In this document: positions 50,343 through 64,000 of the stretch, piece after piece
Numbering within the stretch: the stretch's first letter is position 1
Layout: each line of letters begins with the position of its first letter
Assembly: GCF_000143415.4 (NCBI RefSeq)
Contig: NW_003314347.1
Span: 1 to 64,000 of the forward strand
Direction: 5' to 3'
Source of the DNA: Selaginella moellendorffii
Taxonomy: Eukaryota > Plantae > Lycopodiophyta
DNA length: 64,000 bases
Notes under the pieces: generated by a model
Database searches by the model: none
Seen by the model: the letters and a program-made list of their open reading frames with translations, nothing else
Told to the model about the DNA's origin: nothing
Program-made: the position numbers and the translations under genes

Positions 50343-52601
50343 ATGCGCAGTACCAATGTTGACTGGACGAGAGCTTGGGTGCGGAGTGACGGTAGAGCTC
50401 CGTTTGAAGAACGAGAGCTGTTTATCTATCCAAGGCAAGTCTTGTGTGTAAAATTTTGGTTCTTTCCTCCTCAATGGTCTAGTATGTGCACAGGGCAAGG
50501 GGCACTCTCTTTGCCAGGAAAGGAAGCAGTCGAGTGTGGGCGAGCGTGAGCACTCACACACAGCTCACCGTTCGAGTTGAGGTCGAGTCTGACTGTCGTC
50601 TTCCAAAATTTCGACCGGCATATCAACTTGTCAACGACGTGAAAAGCATCATCGAGTTATATTTCTCAAGGCAAGCTGTTTTCTCAAAGGGGCTGCAAAT
50701 TCACATCAAGATCCATGATTATGAAGGGTATGTGTCTCTTTGGATGCATAATCTTCATCCTCGTGCCTCTGTGGTTTTTGGTTTTTTTTTTTGGAATTTC
50801 AGGAGTGTCATTGATGTTTCTTTACTTGCTGCTATAGCTGCTCTTTTATCCTTGGGAGATCAACGTCTTACTGAGACAGTGAGTCCACAACAGTTTTCTA
50901 GAGTTGATTTAGATTGAGCATTGATTTTCAGATCATACATGATGTCCCAGTTGCCATTACTTTCGGATTTTTTACCTATGGAGGGCCAGTTGTAAGCTAT
51001 TTCATTTTTCTTTTCTTTTGTTCTACTTGATTGTGATGTATTTCTATGTTCTACTTACAGGTAGTAGATCCAAGTAGACGCGAAGAAGCTCTCATAACAG
51101 GGTCTTTGACACTGATTGTGACACAAGCCGGAAAACTCCTTTTCCGGAAGAAAGAAGGGGTGGTGAAGTGGAGCGAACTACTTTGGCCTGTTTTACAGTC
51201 CAGGGTTGCGGATGTTTCACTTCTGAAAGAATGGGTATGTTTTTCAGCTTTTTGTTCTTTCTGATGATCAAAGACTATATGTTTTTGTAGGTTGAGAGGC
51301 AGGAAAGTCTCCAGAACTTCTACAAGACCAAGGAAAAGCCTTTTGCAGGGTTCATAGGCGTACAGAAAACCTGGTATGGTTCATTTCATCATTTTCAAAT
51401 GAAACTGAATGGCAGTCTTGGAATCAGGAAATACACGCCCAAGAGATTGACCACACCTCGTACCAAAAGGTTGGATCTATTCGCTCAACACTCAAAAGTT
51501 ACTCGACTGATTGGAATTTTTTTTTTCCTTTCCAGCCATATCAGCCTGGGTATAGCAGCTCGACAACTTCCTCTTCCACTCCCTTATTGGGCGCGTGAGC
51601 GCAATGAGTCGGCTGGTGAACATGTGTCCATTCGAAGGATTGATGCCCTCGCACTCCGTCGTCTCCAGCTGGAACAGCGTAAGTAAACTTTGTTTTCGTT
51701 TTGTTTCTTAACACATTGGGAACTAATTCTAGGACGAAGGGTGAGAGGTAGTTCTAAACTACTGAAAATTACAATATGCTTTTCCAATGGGAGAACTCCA
51801 GCTGGTGGACAAACGAGCCTGGGTTTTGAGTTTGCCCACCTGCTGGTGAGTCGTGGTATTAGTTATGGATAGATTATTTCTGATATTTTAATCATAGGGT
51901 GCTTTCATTGAGAGAGATTACGTGGGGGACGCGTTAGTGACATCAAGGTCACTTGTAGGGGACCTAGTCTGTTCATGGGCACCCCTTCGGCCAAAAAAAG
52001 AACACCCCTGGGATTTCTTACGACGTTTTGAGACAACAATGAGAGAACACTATCCGAAAGAAAGCATTTTTCAGAGCTTAACCGACGCAAAACATTGGTT
52101 GAAAAAAGAGGAGAAGTCTATGAGGGTAAACATCGATACATTCAGGCTATTCTATTCTGTACTCCTTTCTTTTTCTTTTTCGGTTAACAGAAGGTACTTG
52201 AGAAAAGCAAGCGGACTTCAAAGCCAGGAGATGACTTGCCTTTTGAGCTGTGCACACGGGATGTAACAGTTATTGGCTGTTACATCCCTTTTGTCATGGA
52301 GGAGCCAAAAGGATATGATCCCCCAGGAGAATGGGGAACTGAGGAGGAGGTTTGGTTTCTTTGTTTGTAACATAAAGCTAACACGTGAAATTTGCAGGAA
52401 GATAAGAGGGAGAAGGAACTACTAGCTTTGATGTTTTATCCAAAGCTAAAAGATGAAATTTTGACGACGATGCTGGAGCCTGGTTTGAAGTTGTTTGAAG
52501 TTCACTTTGGCCAGAAGATTGGGAACGGCTGGACTTGTTTCTACAAGAGGCGAGACACCCTGAACTGGGAGAAGAAGAAACACAATGTTTGCAGTGTGTG
52601 A
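50343..52601 (+). CDS. Divergent RNase PH-domain (exosome RRP45/RRP42/RRP43-like) multi-exon gene with long C-terminal extension; intactness uncertain
   Basis: RSDGRAPFEER, GTLFARKGSSRVWASVS, HDYEG|SVIDVSLLAAIAAL, HDVPVAITFGFF, VVDPSRREEALITGSLT; short GT-AG introns. Confidence 0.7.
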
Positions 52602-52879
52602 ATAATGATAAAAGCTAAACTACTTCTTATTTCTCTCTCGTTTTTATAAGAACCCTGGGTATGAAGATTATTCTAAGAAGATCACAATATGTTAATATGA
52701 TATTTATTAAAGAAGAAATCTTCTCGCTCAAAAAAAGAAATGGAGAGATTTCTCTGCTCTATTAGTAGTGCATTTCCTCTTCGTCATCTTAGTCATTATC
52801 ATCCCAGAATGCTAATTGCGCACAAAGTGGCTCTCTATTTGCACCACTAACTGTGAGAAGGAGTTCCACATCAGCGAGA

Positions 52880-53180
52880 AGGAAAAGAAGGAAAAAGAGG
52901 CAAACATGGGATTCCAAGAGACAATATCAGGAGCAAGAAGACCATCAAACATCGCTATTACTTTGGCCAAACGCCTGGTTTCGGCACAATGCATTAGGCT
53001 AAGGGGCTCCTCCGCCCGCTCAAGATTGCCATGGCTAGCATGCGCAACCAGCAAGATTGTCCAGGAGAAGACCATGAGGTAAGTGCTGTCCAGCACTGGA
53101 GCATGGAGTTCCTGGAAATCCGCAAGTACCAGAACTTGGTTGTGAAAGAGATTGCCATGGTTATGCATTGGAGATCCTCT
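52880..53180 (-). pseudogene. Second PPR fragment, paralogous to 46800-47165
   Basis: Shared sequence gctcctccgccc.ctcaagattgcc; HASHGNLERAEE, PDIVSWNPMFA. Confidence 0.7.
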
Positions 53181-53559
53181 ACTATCTCGGGGGATAATGA
53201 TTCCATAACTATCTTTTTCTCCATATTAAGTTTAACATGGTACTCAATTTAGACAAGAATATTCCCTGAGGAGGCATTCACTTGGGTCGTTTTTCCAGGC
53301 TGACTGAAATGTGAGCTCTATGTTGTCCACGAGAAGCAGTATGCGGTGGTGAGCTGGATGAAGCCTCTTGAAGTGATGAGCATCACTTGGCAACATCACA
53401 GCTTGAGGCATCGCTAGACAATTGGTACAGCTGCTTGAACAAGCTTGTCACAAGCAAGATATGCGGCTGGGTGCAGCTGTGTGTGATGCTGTTTGAGGAT
53501 GTCAAGGACTCTGCAACTTTCTTGGCTGGATTGTCGACTCCTAGTTGTGGTATTCCAAC

Positions 53560-53790
53560 AGAGAGCATGGAGCCAAACCCAACCCACAAGATTTTTTTAT
53601 TTAGTAAGGCCCATGATCTTCAATCAAATCACAGAGAGAGCATTGAGCCAAATCCAACCCACAAGATTTTTTATCTAGAGAGGGCTGATCTCTAATCAAA
53701 TCACAAGACACACCAAAGAGAGTAAGGAAGAGCCAAATCCAGCCCACAAGATTTTTTATCTAATGAGGCCTACAATCTTTGCTTGAGCAT
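53560..53790. repeat. Three ~75-85-bp tandem units
   Basis: gagccaaa(c/t)cca.cccacaagattttt x3. Confidence 0.8.
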
Positions 53791-55326
53791 CTTGTGTAAA
53801 AGGATATAGATGTGTTGAAGAAGATATTGTGGGTTGTACCATGATTTCTTTTTTAGCATCAAAATTAGTTCATATAAAACTTATGATCATTGTTACGCAA
53901 AATTTGGTTATAGGCTTCTTCAAGCTTTTGGTTCTTTGAGTTTTCATGTTCATTGTTTCATTTGTTAGAAGTTATTGAGGAAGGCATTTTAGCTCATTAG
54001 GTTTGATGTTAAAGTTGGCTTTTGCATTTAGCAATCATTGGTGATGATTGACTATCATTTAGGATAGTTGATTATCCTTGTTAAAAAGTTTTGCTTGATT
54101 GTTATTAATATAGAATAAGTTGCTGTTATTTGGGATGGTGGATTCTGCATATCTCCTTTTGATGGGATAATTGATGATATTTCATGATGGTTAGTTATTC
54201 TTTTTAATGGCTTATGGTTTTTTGCAATACCATATATTCTTTGTGGTTTGCTTTGAATTAGTCTCTTGGGTTTGAAACATCAGTAGGATGTTGCTAACGC
54301 TTGTTTGAGCAACTCTGGTTCCTTAGTATTGTTGATTGGAATTTATTCAGATTGGCTTTTGTGATAGTTAACATGAATGGGTGTTTGTTGGTTTTACCGC
54401 ACATTCTATTCTATTAATTATTGCTCGAGTTAGTTCTGATAGATTGGGATGTTATTTCCTTTGGTGATACATTCGCGAGTATTGTGTTTATCAGTTAATG
54501 ATACTTTGTGTTCTTTAAGTTATTTTTAATAAGTTGTTTGGCTTACTATTTACCATCTTCAGTAGTTAAGTTTCATCATTGCATTTCCTTGATGATATCC
54601 TTGTTATTGAATTTTGTTGGATGGTGATTCTTATGTTTAAGTTATCATTCAATAAACTAGTATTATAGTACAGGAACCACTAAGATCATCAGAATTGGTA
54701 CGTGGAACATTTGTGTTCTAATTTAAGATTTATTCACTGATAATTAAGTCTCTAAGATATCATTGTCTCTGACTTTGATATTGTCCATTTATTGATTTTT
54801 CAGTTTGGGCCAATATAGGCAAATTAGCTTTGGCATTTCGTGTGTATGGTGAAATATATAGTCATAGGGTAGCTACTGTCGATTGGTCACATAACTCGCC
54901 TCTCTATCGATGTTCCTTATTCCGTTCAAAAGGGTGTGACCGTGTAAACAACTTTAACTGCCTATTTACAATAGTCTATCTAAACCTTACTAACAGGTTT
55001 GGTTTTTTTGCTCATGAGGGTTGGGGCCTTTGGCTTCTCTCTCTATGTCCCTGCAGGCAGGGGCATATCACACTTTTGTAAGCTGGGTGACAACCAAAGC
55101 AGCAAGGGTGGATAACTCCGTTGGTCATTTCCTTGTCAGCGACGGCCGGAAGGTGTCTGAGTGGGTAGCGCATCTGCATTAGACAAAGAGGTTGCCTCTT
55201 AACTCATTTAAGTTGGTGCATTTCTCGTGTGATCATCATGAACTTTTTCTGGAGTTGTTTCGTTGGCGGTGGTCTAAACTCGAATATACATCAACGAGGA
55301 CGTCGATCTTCCCTAGGGGGGGAGAG

Positions 55327-56323
55327 TGTCGTGAATGTAGCTTCGGGTATCGAAAGTTATCTGTTGGCCAGTCCTTACAGACATTTTTTCCTTACTGCCA
55401 TGATGCAAGAGGTTGGTATTATTGATTCCCTTTATCAGCCCCTCTTGTTCAAGTGTTAGTAAATTGGGCTTAGCACTTGTACTTAGCCAAATGGACATAA
55501 GGTAGGAACTCCTATGNNNNNNNNNNNNNNNNNNNNNNNNNNNNNNNNNNNNNNNNNNNNNNNNNNNNNNNNNNNNNNNNNNNNNNNNNNNNNNNNNNNN
55601 NNNNNNNNNNNNNNNNGGATCATCGTTCTTTGATTGGAGATACTCTTGTAATCCATAATGATCGTATAATGTTTCTCCAGGTTAAAAGAAATCTTTGCAG
55701 CCAATGTGATGATGATAACATTAGGATGCTGGTTGCTCTAGGATTGTTCCAAGTCGCTCTGGGGGGGGGGGGGGGGGGGGGTTGTGAGGGGTTCCAAATG
55801 TATAGTAGGGATAGTGGGTAGGTGGAGCATGGCCGACCAACTTGAGGCATAGTCTAGCTCTTGCTTGCGTGCTTGTATTTGTTTTGCGTCCAGCTTGGGT
55901 TTAAGCCCAAGTTCCATTCCATGTTAGCTAGTGGAGTACCCATGTCCTTGTGTTAGACCACTGGTATATTGAAATAGTGCCAAACTCTGTTTGGCTTTGT
56001 TTTGTGTGCTGATCCTAGCATTAGGATGCTGGTTGCTCTAGGATTGTTCCAAGTCGCTCAGGGCTCCTGTCCCTTCGCTCCTTGGGCTATATGCTCAGAA
56101 GTTGCTCTGTGATTCGGTTCTATCACTCCTTGGCTCCATGTTTGGGAGTTTGGCACTGTTCCTTCGTACAATGGCCTAAGGCCTTGAACTTCGGGTTCTA
56201 CACCACTGTCATTTGGACACATGACATATAACACATGGCATAAAGAGGGTTTAGGTTTTGCTTCATGGTGTTATCCTATGGTAAATCACCATAGGATAAA
56301 GGGTCAAAACCACGTGCGCTACA
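55327..56323 (+). mobile_element. Family-B LTR preceded by a PPT and followed by a PBS (contains gap 55517-55616)
   Basis: Similar to 4030-5175; agggggggagag upstream; TGGTATCAGAG downstream. Confidence 0.85.
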
Positions 56324-57248
56324 TTTGGTATCAGAGGATGAGTCTCAGCGAGTACTATACAATGAGATTGGGCAACTAGTCTTGTTGCATACGCAGAGAT
56401 GAAAATGATGATCTGAGTGGGTACATGTTTGGGTGCTAAGACTTCGCAATTATTTCTTGGGTATGGATATTGTTACCTTGTTGTTCTATATAGTGTGAGC
56501 TTGCTCTTAGGCTTATAAGAGGGATTGAGTTATTCTGTTTGCATGAGTTTGAGCTTGGGCTCGTGAGTGAGGTGCATTAGCAACTTGAGGATACGTTTTG
56601 AGTTGGCATGATTAATGTTAGCTTATCAGTTGTTCCATGAGTTGTTCCATATACCATGAGTGAATGTAAACTTTCCCTGAGTTTGCTGTGAGTGGCAAAT
56701 ACACTGGTTCATAGTTGTTTAGCACAACACTGGTGGATCCTTCTTATGATTACAAGTGGATCAATCAAGACTGTAGGGATGAGTCTATTGATTCATGTAA
56801 TCATTGCTATGCTCTGTCATAAACTTTTCTTGGATTAGATTGAAGGCAGTGCGAAAGCAAGCTTGAGGTTTAATCAAAGATGAGACCGAAAAGAGAGTTG
56901 TCGGGGACGAAGGATCAAACACATAAATCATCTTCCCTTTTTGGAGAGACTCCATTTGACACCATTTTGCGTGTAAGTGCTAGATATGGGGAGCTGGTGC
57001 TTGTGGGATCGTACCAGACCCTCATTTTGCAGTGCAAAGGGCTTGGAGTTTAGCTCCAAATTCAAGTGCGCTACATTTGGTATCAGAGGAATTGTCTCAG
57101 CGATTCCTATCCAACTTTTATTGGATTTTTTGATTCAGGTTGCATACACAAAGACTTTTCTAGTAGATCCGAAGTGACCTATGTAGGATTAGTTGGATTG
57201 CACCATTCAGTAAGAACGTTATAAGCATGTTTAGTTACTGATAGAGGC

Positions 57249-58080
57249 ATGCATGCAACTAGTGGGATGGTGAAAAGGAACCGTACTGATGATGTTGAAA
57301 CCTCTAGATGGGCGAATCGAGAGGAGGAAACTCCTGCTAGAGATGCTGCGGAAGAGGCTGAGGCTGAGTTAGAAGAGGAAGAGCCAGATGCTGTGGCACT
57401 ACAATGTATAGCTCAGGAAGTTGAGATCGAGAATTTGCAAAGGGAGATTCACAAATTGAAGAAGGAGAACAAGAAGAGGAAGAAAGAAGCTGAAGCTGCT
57501 AAACTAGCTAAACCTAAGCAACCAGACTCCTCTTCAAGTTCTGAGGATGATGAAGTTTTGCAACTGCCCCCGATTGCACGAGTTTCAAAGTTCAAGCCTC
57601 TGAAACCACCCAACTTCAGAGGCATGTGGGACTATCAAGTTTTGGAAGACTGGGTCTACGATATGGAAAATTATTTCATAGCGGCAGACGTAGATGATCA
57701 TATAAAAGTTGCGTGCGTGCAATCCTTTCTCACTAATCATACCAAAACTTGGTGGCACCAGGTGTGTGCTGAAAAAGGGCAGACTAAAAGTTGGACCAAG
57801 ATGCGGTCTTGTATCCGTAAGGAATACTTGCTGGATGATCTTGGTCTGAGACTTCACGCGGAGCTGCGGTGGTTAAAGCAACGAGGGGACCTCATGCATT
57901 ACAATAATGCATTTGCTCAGAAGTGCATTATGATTGCAAATATGAGTGACGAAGATGCTTGAAGTTATTTCCTAGAGGATTTAAATTCACTTTCTCGCAA
58001 TGAGATTTTGAAGTTTAAGCCAAAGACGTACTTAGAGTGTAAGGAGGTAGCACAGCAAGGGATGCTTGTTCAATCAAGAT
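57249..58080 (+). pseudogene. gag: Ty3/gypsy gag, interrupted by a stop at 57960-57962 and truncated
   Basis: KPPNFRG..DYQVLEDWVYDMENYF...FLTNHTKTWW...SWTKMRSCIRKEYL; PBS at 57078-57088 upstream. Confidence 0.88.
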
Positions 58081-58199
58081 TCTTATTTGTTGTAGATCGT
58101 CAAAGGAGATCAAGATTTTATACACAAATGTCAAAGAGATGTTAAAGTAGGGTGTTATCCAAAAGCAATAGAGTCCTTAAATGTGTGAACCTTATCTTA

Positions 58200-60840
58200 T
58201 CACAAAAATTGATATAGGAGTATTCATCTTTTGCATCAACTATTAGCCATTAAATGAAGTGATTATCCTAGATGTATATTTTTTTCCTCACACTATCAAT
58301 CTTTTAGATTGTCTAGGGAGGAACCGTCTGGATTGGCCATTAAATGAAATGACTATCTCACATGTGTATCCTCTTCCTCATACTGTTGATGTTTTGGATC
58401 ATCTAGGGAGGAATCATTAATTCACCTAGTTAAATTTTATTTCTATATATTAACAAGTGCCGTTGGCCAAAAATGATGTTCCTAAAATTGCTTTTTATAT
58501 AGTATTTGGTTTGTATGAATTCTTGATAATGCCATTTGAGTTAAACAATGCTTCAATGACTTTCTAATAGATGATGGATGAGGTTCTTTGTGATATGTCA
58601 AAAGTAATAATTGACTTCATTGTTGATGTCTTCATCCACTTGGAGGGGATGTGGGAGGAGCACATCCATGATATTTGGAAAAGCAATCGAAGTGCATTTT
58701 TAGGTCTAAAGATATAACTTATTTTAGGTATCATGTTTCTCATAAAGGTTTGCAAATTGATTTTGATAAACTTATGGCTTCTGAAGATCCCTACTCTAAA
58801 ATGTATAAATGATATACAATACTTAATAGGCAAGATGTAATATCTCAATTGTTTTGTGAATCATCTTTCTGATCACATTACACCTTTGTAAGTGTTGCTG
58901 AAATCATCATGTTCATTGCTTAGGAAGTTTTGTGGCTTATGCTAACACCCTTTTTAGAGCTCATCTTCCTTTTTCACTCTCTTCTTATATTCCTAATGAG
59001 CTTGTTGTTCCGGTGGATTTTCTAGATAAGGATTCCATGCCGTCAGCAGTTGCTATACTTGATGTTTAGTGTCCATAAAATGTTGAGCAAAATTTACCTT
59101 TTTTTGATGAGGTTCGTAAAGCTCAAAAGGTTGAGTCTTAGATCCAAAGGCTTTATAAAAGGTTCAAGAATCATACATCAGTTGTTAATGATTTGCCATT
59201 TCGGCATTATATTCTCAATACCACCTTGAGGACAACCTTTTTTATTTTGTAGGACTAATTTTGATGATCATTTACGGATGGTGGTACCTTCGATATTTAT
59301 TCCATGCTTTCTCCATGTTTATCATAACTCTCTTATTCTAAATAGGTATATGGGACATCGGCATGTGATTGAGAAGCTATATAGGTATTTGTATTTGCTG
59401 GAGATGCAACATAATGTTATCTAATATGTGCATAGTTATGTTTGGTGCCAAACTTATAATACTCCCTTTCATGTTACAGAAGGACGGTTGGAGTTAATTG
59501 CAGTTTTTCGTCCATTTGAGTTGGTGGCATTTGATCTAATAGGGCCTTTTTCACAGTCGACTACTGACAATAAGTATACCATTATGGCTTCTGACTACTT
59601 GATTCATTAGATGGAAGTCGGTTCTTGCTAGTGCGTCAATAGCTACTATTGGGTACTTCCTCAATCGAGTGGTGTTCAAACATTCCTGTCTAAAGTGACT
59701 TCTCTTGAATAATAATCCCGCATTTATGGCCAAAGTATTTCATGTTTTAACATCTTAATTGGGGATACACTACACTATTAAAAATACTTATCATCCATAC
59801 ACAAATGCTTTGCTAGAATGGCTTGTTCAGCTTGTAAGCAACCAAAGGGAACAACTCGATAGACGATCCATGTGGTTCAAATACAAAAGGAAAAGGCTTA
59901 TGAACAAAAGTGCACCCCCTTTTCCAATCGGTTAAGGGTCTTGGGATATTTAGGGTTAAATGTCCTTGGGTTTGAATAGTATTGGGTTGGGTGACTTCTC
60001 AGGAAGTTCAAATTCAAGAGCTTACACAACCCTTCAAAGGGATGATTGTGATGTAAATTTTCAGCATACGAATTAAGATGATTATTTACTGTCTTTTCAA
60101 TATACATATGTCATAGTGGTACAAAGTTCTATTGGTGTTTCACCATATAAACTCTTATATGGTCATGGTTTGATATTACTAACAAAGTGAAGTTTACCTT
60201 CATGATTGCCATGAGCTACCAATACTAAGTTTTGGGATTAGTATTTGACAAGCATTCTTCCACTTATTTAAGTGGAGTTTATCGAACACCTAGGCATACA
60301 AATGGGACAACAACACTATAACTCCCATCATCGTCTACCTATAGAGTATAAAGTGGATGACTTGATGTTAATTTATTTCCCCAATCTTATAGTACGTGGT
60401 TTGTCTAAAATGCTCCTTGCTCAGTGGAAGGGACTATATCAGGTATTATGGCAAGTTGCATTGCAAATTTATGAAGTTTAGCATAATGTTCAATAAGTAA
60501 ATCCTCCAGAAATTGTGCATATGCAAAGGCTGAAATGCTTTGTACAAAGGGATCAAGAATAATTGATACCATCTACAGATCCACTAGTGCCTCTTTTTAA
60601 TATTCCTTTAGATCCTTACTCATCAACCAGAGAACCTTGACTACCTTCCATTCTTCTGAGAGGAAAGGATGATGTGATGTTTAAGTGTACAACTATGATG
60701 CCATATATTAATATTTATATAGTGTGATTTTGATAACCATTAGATTGGTTCAATTTGAACCACTTGCTTCTACATATAAACTAGGGTTTCTGGGTAAATT
60801 AATATGCACATTTTTATATTCCATTTCTATATTCCACGCA
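58200..60840 (+). pseudogene. pol: Decayed gypsy RT-integrase, PPT and family-C 3' LTR
   Basis: MPFELNNA-like RT remnant; RPFELVAFDLIGPF; LLAQWKGLYQV (GPY/F); PPT at ~60658; LTR from 60673. Confidence 0.85.
59833..60026 (+). mobile_element. Solo LTR of the Cassandra-like TRIM inserted in the integrase remnant
   Basis: tgtaagcaaccaaa...gagcttaca; similar to 21739-21931; degenerate TSD CAGCT/CAACC. Confidence 0.8.
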
Positions 60841-61335
60841 CTCACAAAACATATCTATAAATTATAAATACAAGATTAGTCTAAATATATTACAACCATT
60901 AGATGGTACAGTATCCTAGAATATTCAAGTATGTTTAACCAACAGTAAACCAAAAAACATATACATGTAAATATATGCATGCTTATATTTAAAATTTTAA
61001 TAATAGTTAATCTTAATAACTATTCTTTGACTTTTTTCTAGGTCTATATCAGTGCTTATTAATAAAAATTATTTTTTTTTGTATTATTATTGTTTTAAAT
61101 TTATTCATATTCTCTAGTAACACTATTCAATTAGAAAAAACTTTGTATTAATTCTATTTTTTAACTTTTATCATGATAAAGTAGGATTATTAATACTAAT
61201 AATACTTATTAGATAAACTATACAGAAAAATATTTAGAGAAATCACAATTAAAGAAAAAATAACAATTATTAAATTCTACTTTATCTTTATATATATAGA
61301 GTAGAATATATAAGCACTAATATATTTAGACTTTG

Positions 61336-61506
61336 TATATGTATATATGTTTTTAAATATGTATGTATGTATTTATATCTGTATATATATATATGTATAT
61401 GTATGTATGTATGTATGTATGTATATCTATATATGTATATATGTATATATGTATATATGTATGTATATATGTATTTATGTCTGTATATATGTATGTGTGT
61501 GTGTGT
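61336..61506. repeat. (TA)n/(TATG)n microsatellite
   Basis: Directly visible. Confidence 0.9.
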
Positions 61507-63660
61507 GAGGGTATGGAATATGGAAAGGAAATATAGAAAATATGCATATCAATTAGCCCAAAAACCCTAACTTATATACAAGAGCAAGTGGTTCGGATTA
61601 AAACCAATCTAACAACTACTAAAATCCCACTGCACTAATTTTAGTATATGGCATTATAGTTGTACACTTGGACCTCACATCATCCCCTTCTTTTGGAATA
61701 ATGGAAGACTATTAAGGTTCTCTTGTAGATGGGCCAGGATCTAAAGGAATGTCAGGGGGAGCCATTGGCAAATCTATATGTGGTATTAGTTGTTTTTTAT
61801 CCTTTTGTACAAAGTGTTTCAATTGTTGCACATGCATGACTTCTGGAGGATTAGTCTATTGGATGTTATGCTAAACCTCATAAACTTGTGGTCCAATTTA
61901 CCGCAACACTTGATATGGTTCTTTCCACTGACAAAGAGCCCTTTAGATAAACCATATACCGTAAAATAGGGAAAACAGATTAACACCAACTCATCCACTT
62001 TGTACTTTGTAGGTGGACGATGATGGGAGTTGTAACACCGTTGTTGTCCCAATTGTACACGGCCTAAGTGTTCAACAAACTTTGCTAAAACAAGTGGAAG
62101 AATGCTTGACAAATACTGATCCTACGGCCTAGCATCGACAGCGTGTAGCAATTGCAAAAGTAAACCTAGCTCCATTGGTAATATTAGATCATGACCATAT
62201 AAAAATTTATATGGTGAAAAACCAACAAAACTCTACACCCTTGTGATGTATACATACTGAAGAAATGGCAAAAAATCATCATAATCCAAATGCTAAAAGT
62301 TTACATACTTCGCAATCATTCTATTGAATGTTTGAATGAGCCATTCCACCAAACTGTCTGACTGTGGATGATAGACACTTGTGAAAGTATGGTGTATCCC
62401 CAACCGAGACGTCAAAACATGAAATGCCTTAGCCATAAATGCAGGACCATTATCTGAAAGAATCCGCTTTAGACAAGAATGTTGAAACACCACTCGATTG
62501 AGGAGGAAGTATCCAACAGCAGTGGCAAATGCGCTAGCAAGAGCACCAATTTCCACCTAACGAGTCAAATAGTCAAAAGAAATAATAACATATTCATTGC
62601 TAGCAGTCGATCGTGGAAAAGGTCCTATAAGATCAAATGCCACCAACTCAAATAAACGGGAAACTGCAATTGACTCCAACCGTCCTTTTATAGCACAAGG
62701 GGGAATATTACGAGCTTGGCACCAAATGCAGCTACGCATATACCAAATAACATCACGTCGCATCTCCAGCCAATAGAAAGACTCACGTAGCTTCTTGGTC
62801 ATATAACAATGTTTTATATGCCCGCTTAAAACAAGAGAATTATGATAAACATAAAGAAACCGTGGAATAAAGATGGAAGGCACCACCAACCGTAAATGAT
62901 CATCAGGATCTGTCCCCACAAAATAAAGAAGGCCATCTTCAAGGTGATATTAAAAATGCAAATGCCAAAATGGCAAGTCATTAGCAAGTGATGTAGAATT
63001 CTCAAACCCATCTCAAAGCCTTTAAATCCATATCTCAATCGAGCTTTGTGAATTTTATCGAGAGAAGGTAGATTTTGCTTTGCACCTTCTGGACATTGAA
63101 CATCAAGTATAACCATTGTTAATAGCATAGAATCCTCATCTAAAAAATCCACAGATGCTAGAACAACATATTCGTCAAAAATATGAGAAAAGAGTGAAGA
63201 AGGAAGAGAAGCTCAAAAAAGGGCATTAGTATCAGCCATAGAACTCCCTAGGCACTGAACAACATCAAAATCATATATCTGAAATTTCAAAGCCCACCAA
63301 GCAATACGACTAACCAGGTTCTCCTACTTCAATAATGAAGTAATGGCAGCATGATCACCTTCTAATTATGTTCAAGAACCATGTAGATATGCATGAAATT
63401 TCTCAAAACCCTAAACTGCTGCTAAACATTCCTTTTCTATCGTGGAATAGTTCACCTCCGCTGGTTGTAATATACGACTTATATATGTAATATGATGGTG
63501 CTGACCAGACACACTTGGGCTCTCTTGCATCAATACACCTCTAAGACCAATATCAGAAGCATCTATGCGCAAAATGAAAAGTCATGTGTAGTCAGAATAT
63601 GCCAAAACCAGAGGAGTTGTCAATAGTTCTTTGAGATCCATGAACGCTCACTCACAATAC
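61500..63660 (-). pseudogene. pol: Decayed gypsy RNase H-integrase with PPT and 3' LTR, tail-to-tail with the copy at 58200-60840
   Basis: RIDASDIGL (RNase H), zf-H2C2 (HNS..SGH...FYW...YMRSCIWCQ), rve (ILSDNGPAF, YHPQSDSLVE). Confidence 0.9.
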
Positions 63661-64000
63661 AGAGACCAGATGGAAGATGACGTTGATAACCTTAGTAACA
63701 CTCATAACATTGAAGTGCGATCAAAAAGATGATCCACAAAATAACCAAGATACTGCCCTAGAATGCATTACACATCATTCACACACTTTGGAGTCGTGTT
63801 TGGGTCCAAAGACACAACTTATCTTGGGTACCATATTTCTTGTGAGGGTTTGCAAATTGATTTTCACAAACTTGTGGCTATTCTAAAGTTTCCTCACTTC
63901 GACCACTTCAAGTTTAAACTAATGTTCCGTGACCGATCCAACACTTTACAAACATCATGTGTTCCTCCCACGTCCCCTCCAAGTGGATTAAGACATCATT

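Overview
Repeat-rich plant nuclear DNA. Introns of ~45-60 nt, PLS-type PPR remnants and plant 5S/telomere motifs suggest a lycophyte such as Selaginella (inference). Positions 1-24 kb and 54-64 kb are nested, decayed Ty3/gypsy and non-autonomous LTR elements, including two Cassandra-like TRIMs with 5S-derived LTR segments. The centrepiece is a 13.8-kb DNA transposon at 24063-37844 with perfect 24-bp TIRs and a 4-bp AAAT TSD; an empty paralogous site lies at ~18.3 kb. It carries two divergent genes. One is a Sola1/DUF7869-like DDD transposase (+). The other is a 10-exon, ~1,630-codon cargo gene (-) that I reconstruct as ParB-like domain + degenerate beta-class DNA-methyltransferase-like fold + acidic/repeat linker + FCP1/NIF-type HAD domain. 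About 28 copies of a 22-bp palindrome (ATGGCRTG-N6-CAYGCCAT) are scattered through this element, and I saw none outside it. The 39-53 kb region holds an unidentified GC-rich degenerate element, PPR pseudogene fragments and a divergent RNase PH (RRP45-like) gene. All domain calls are by eye, without database searches.
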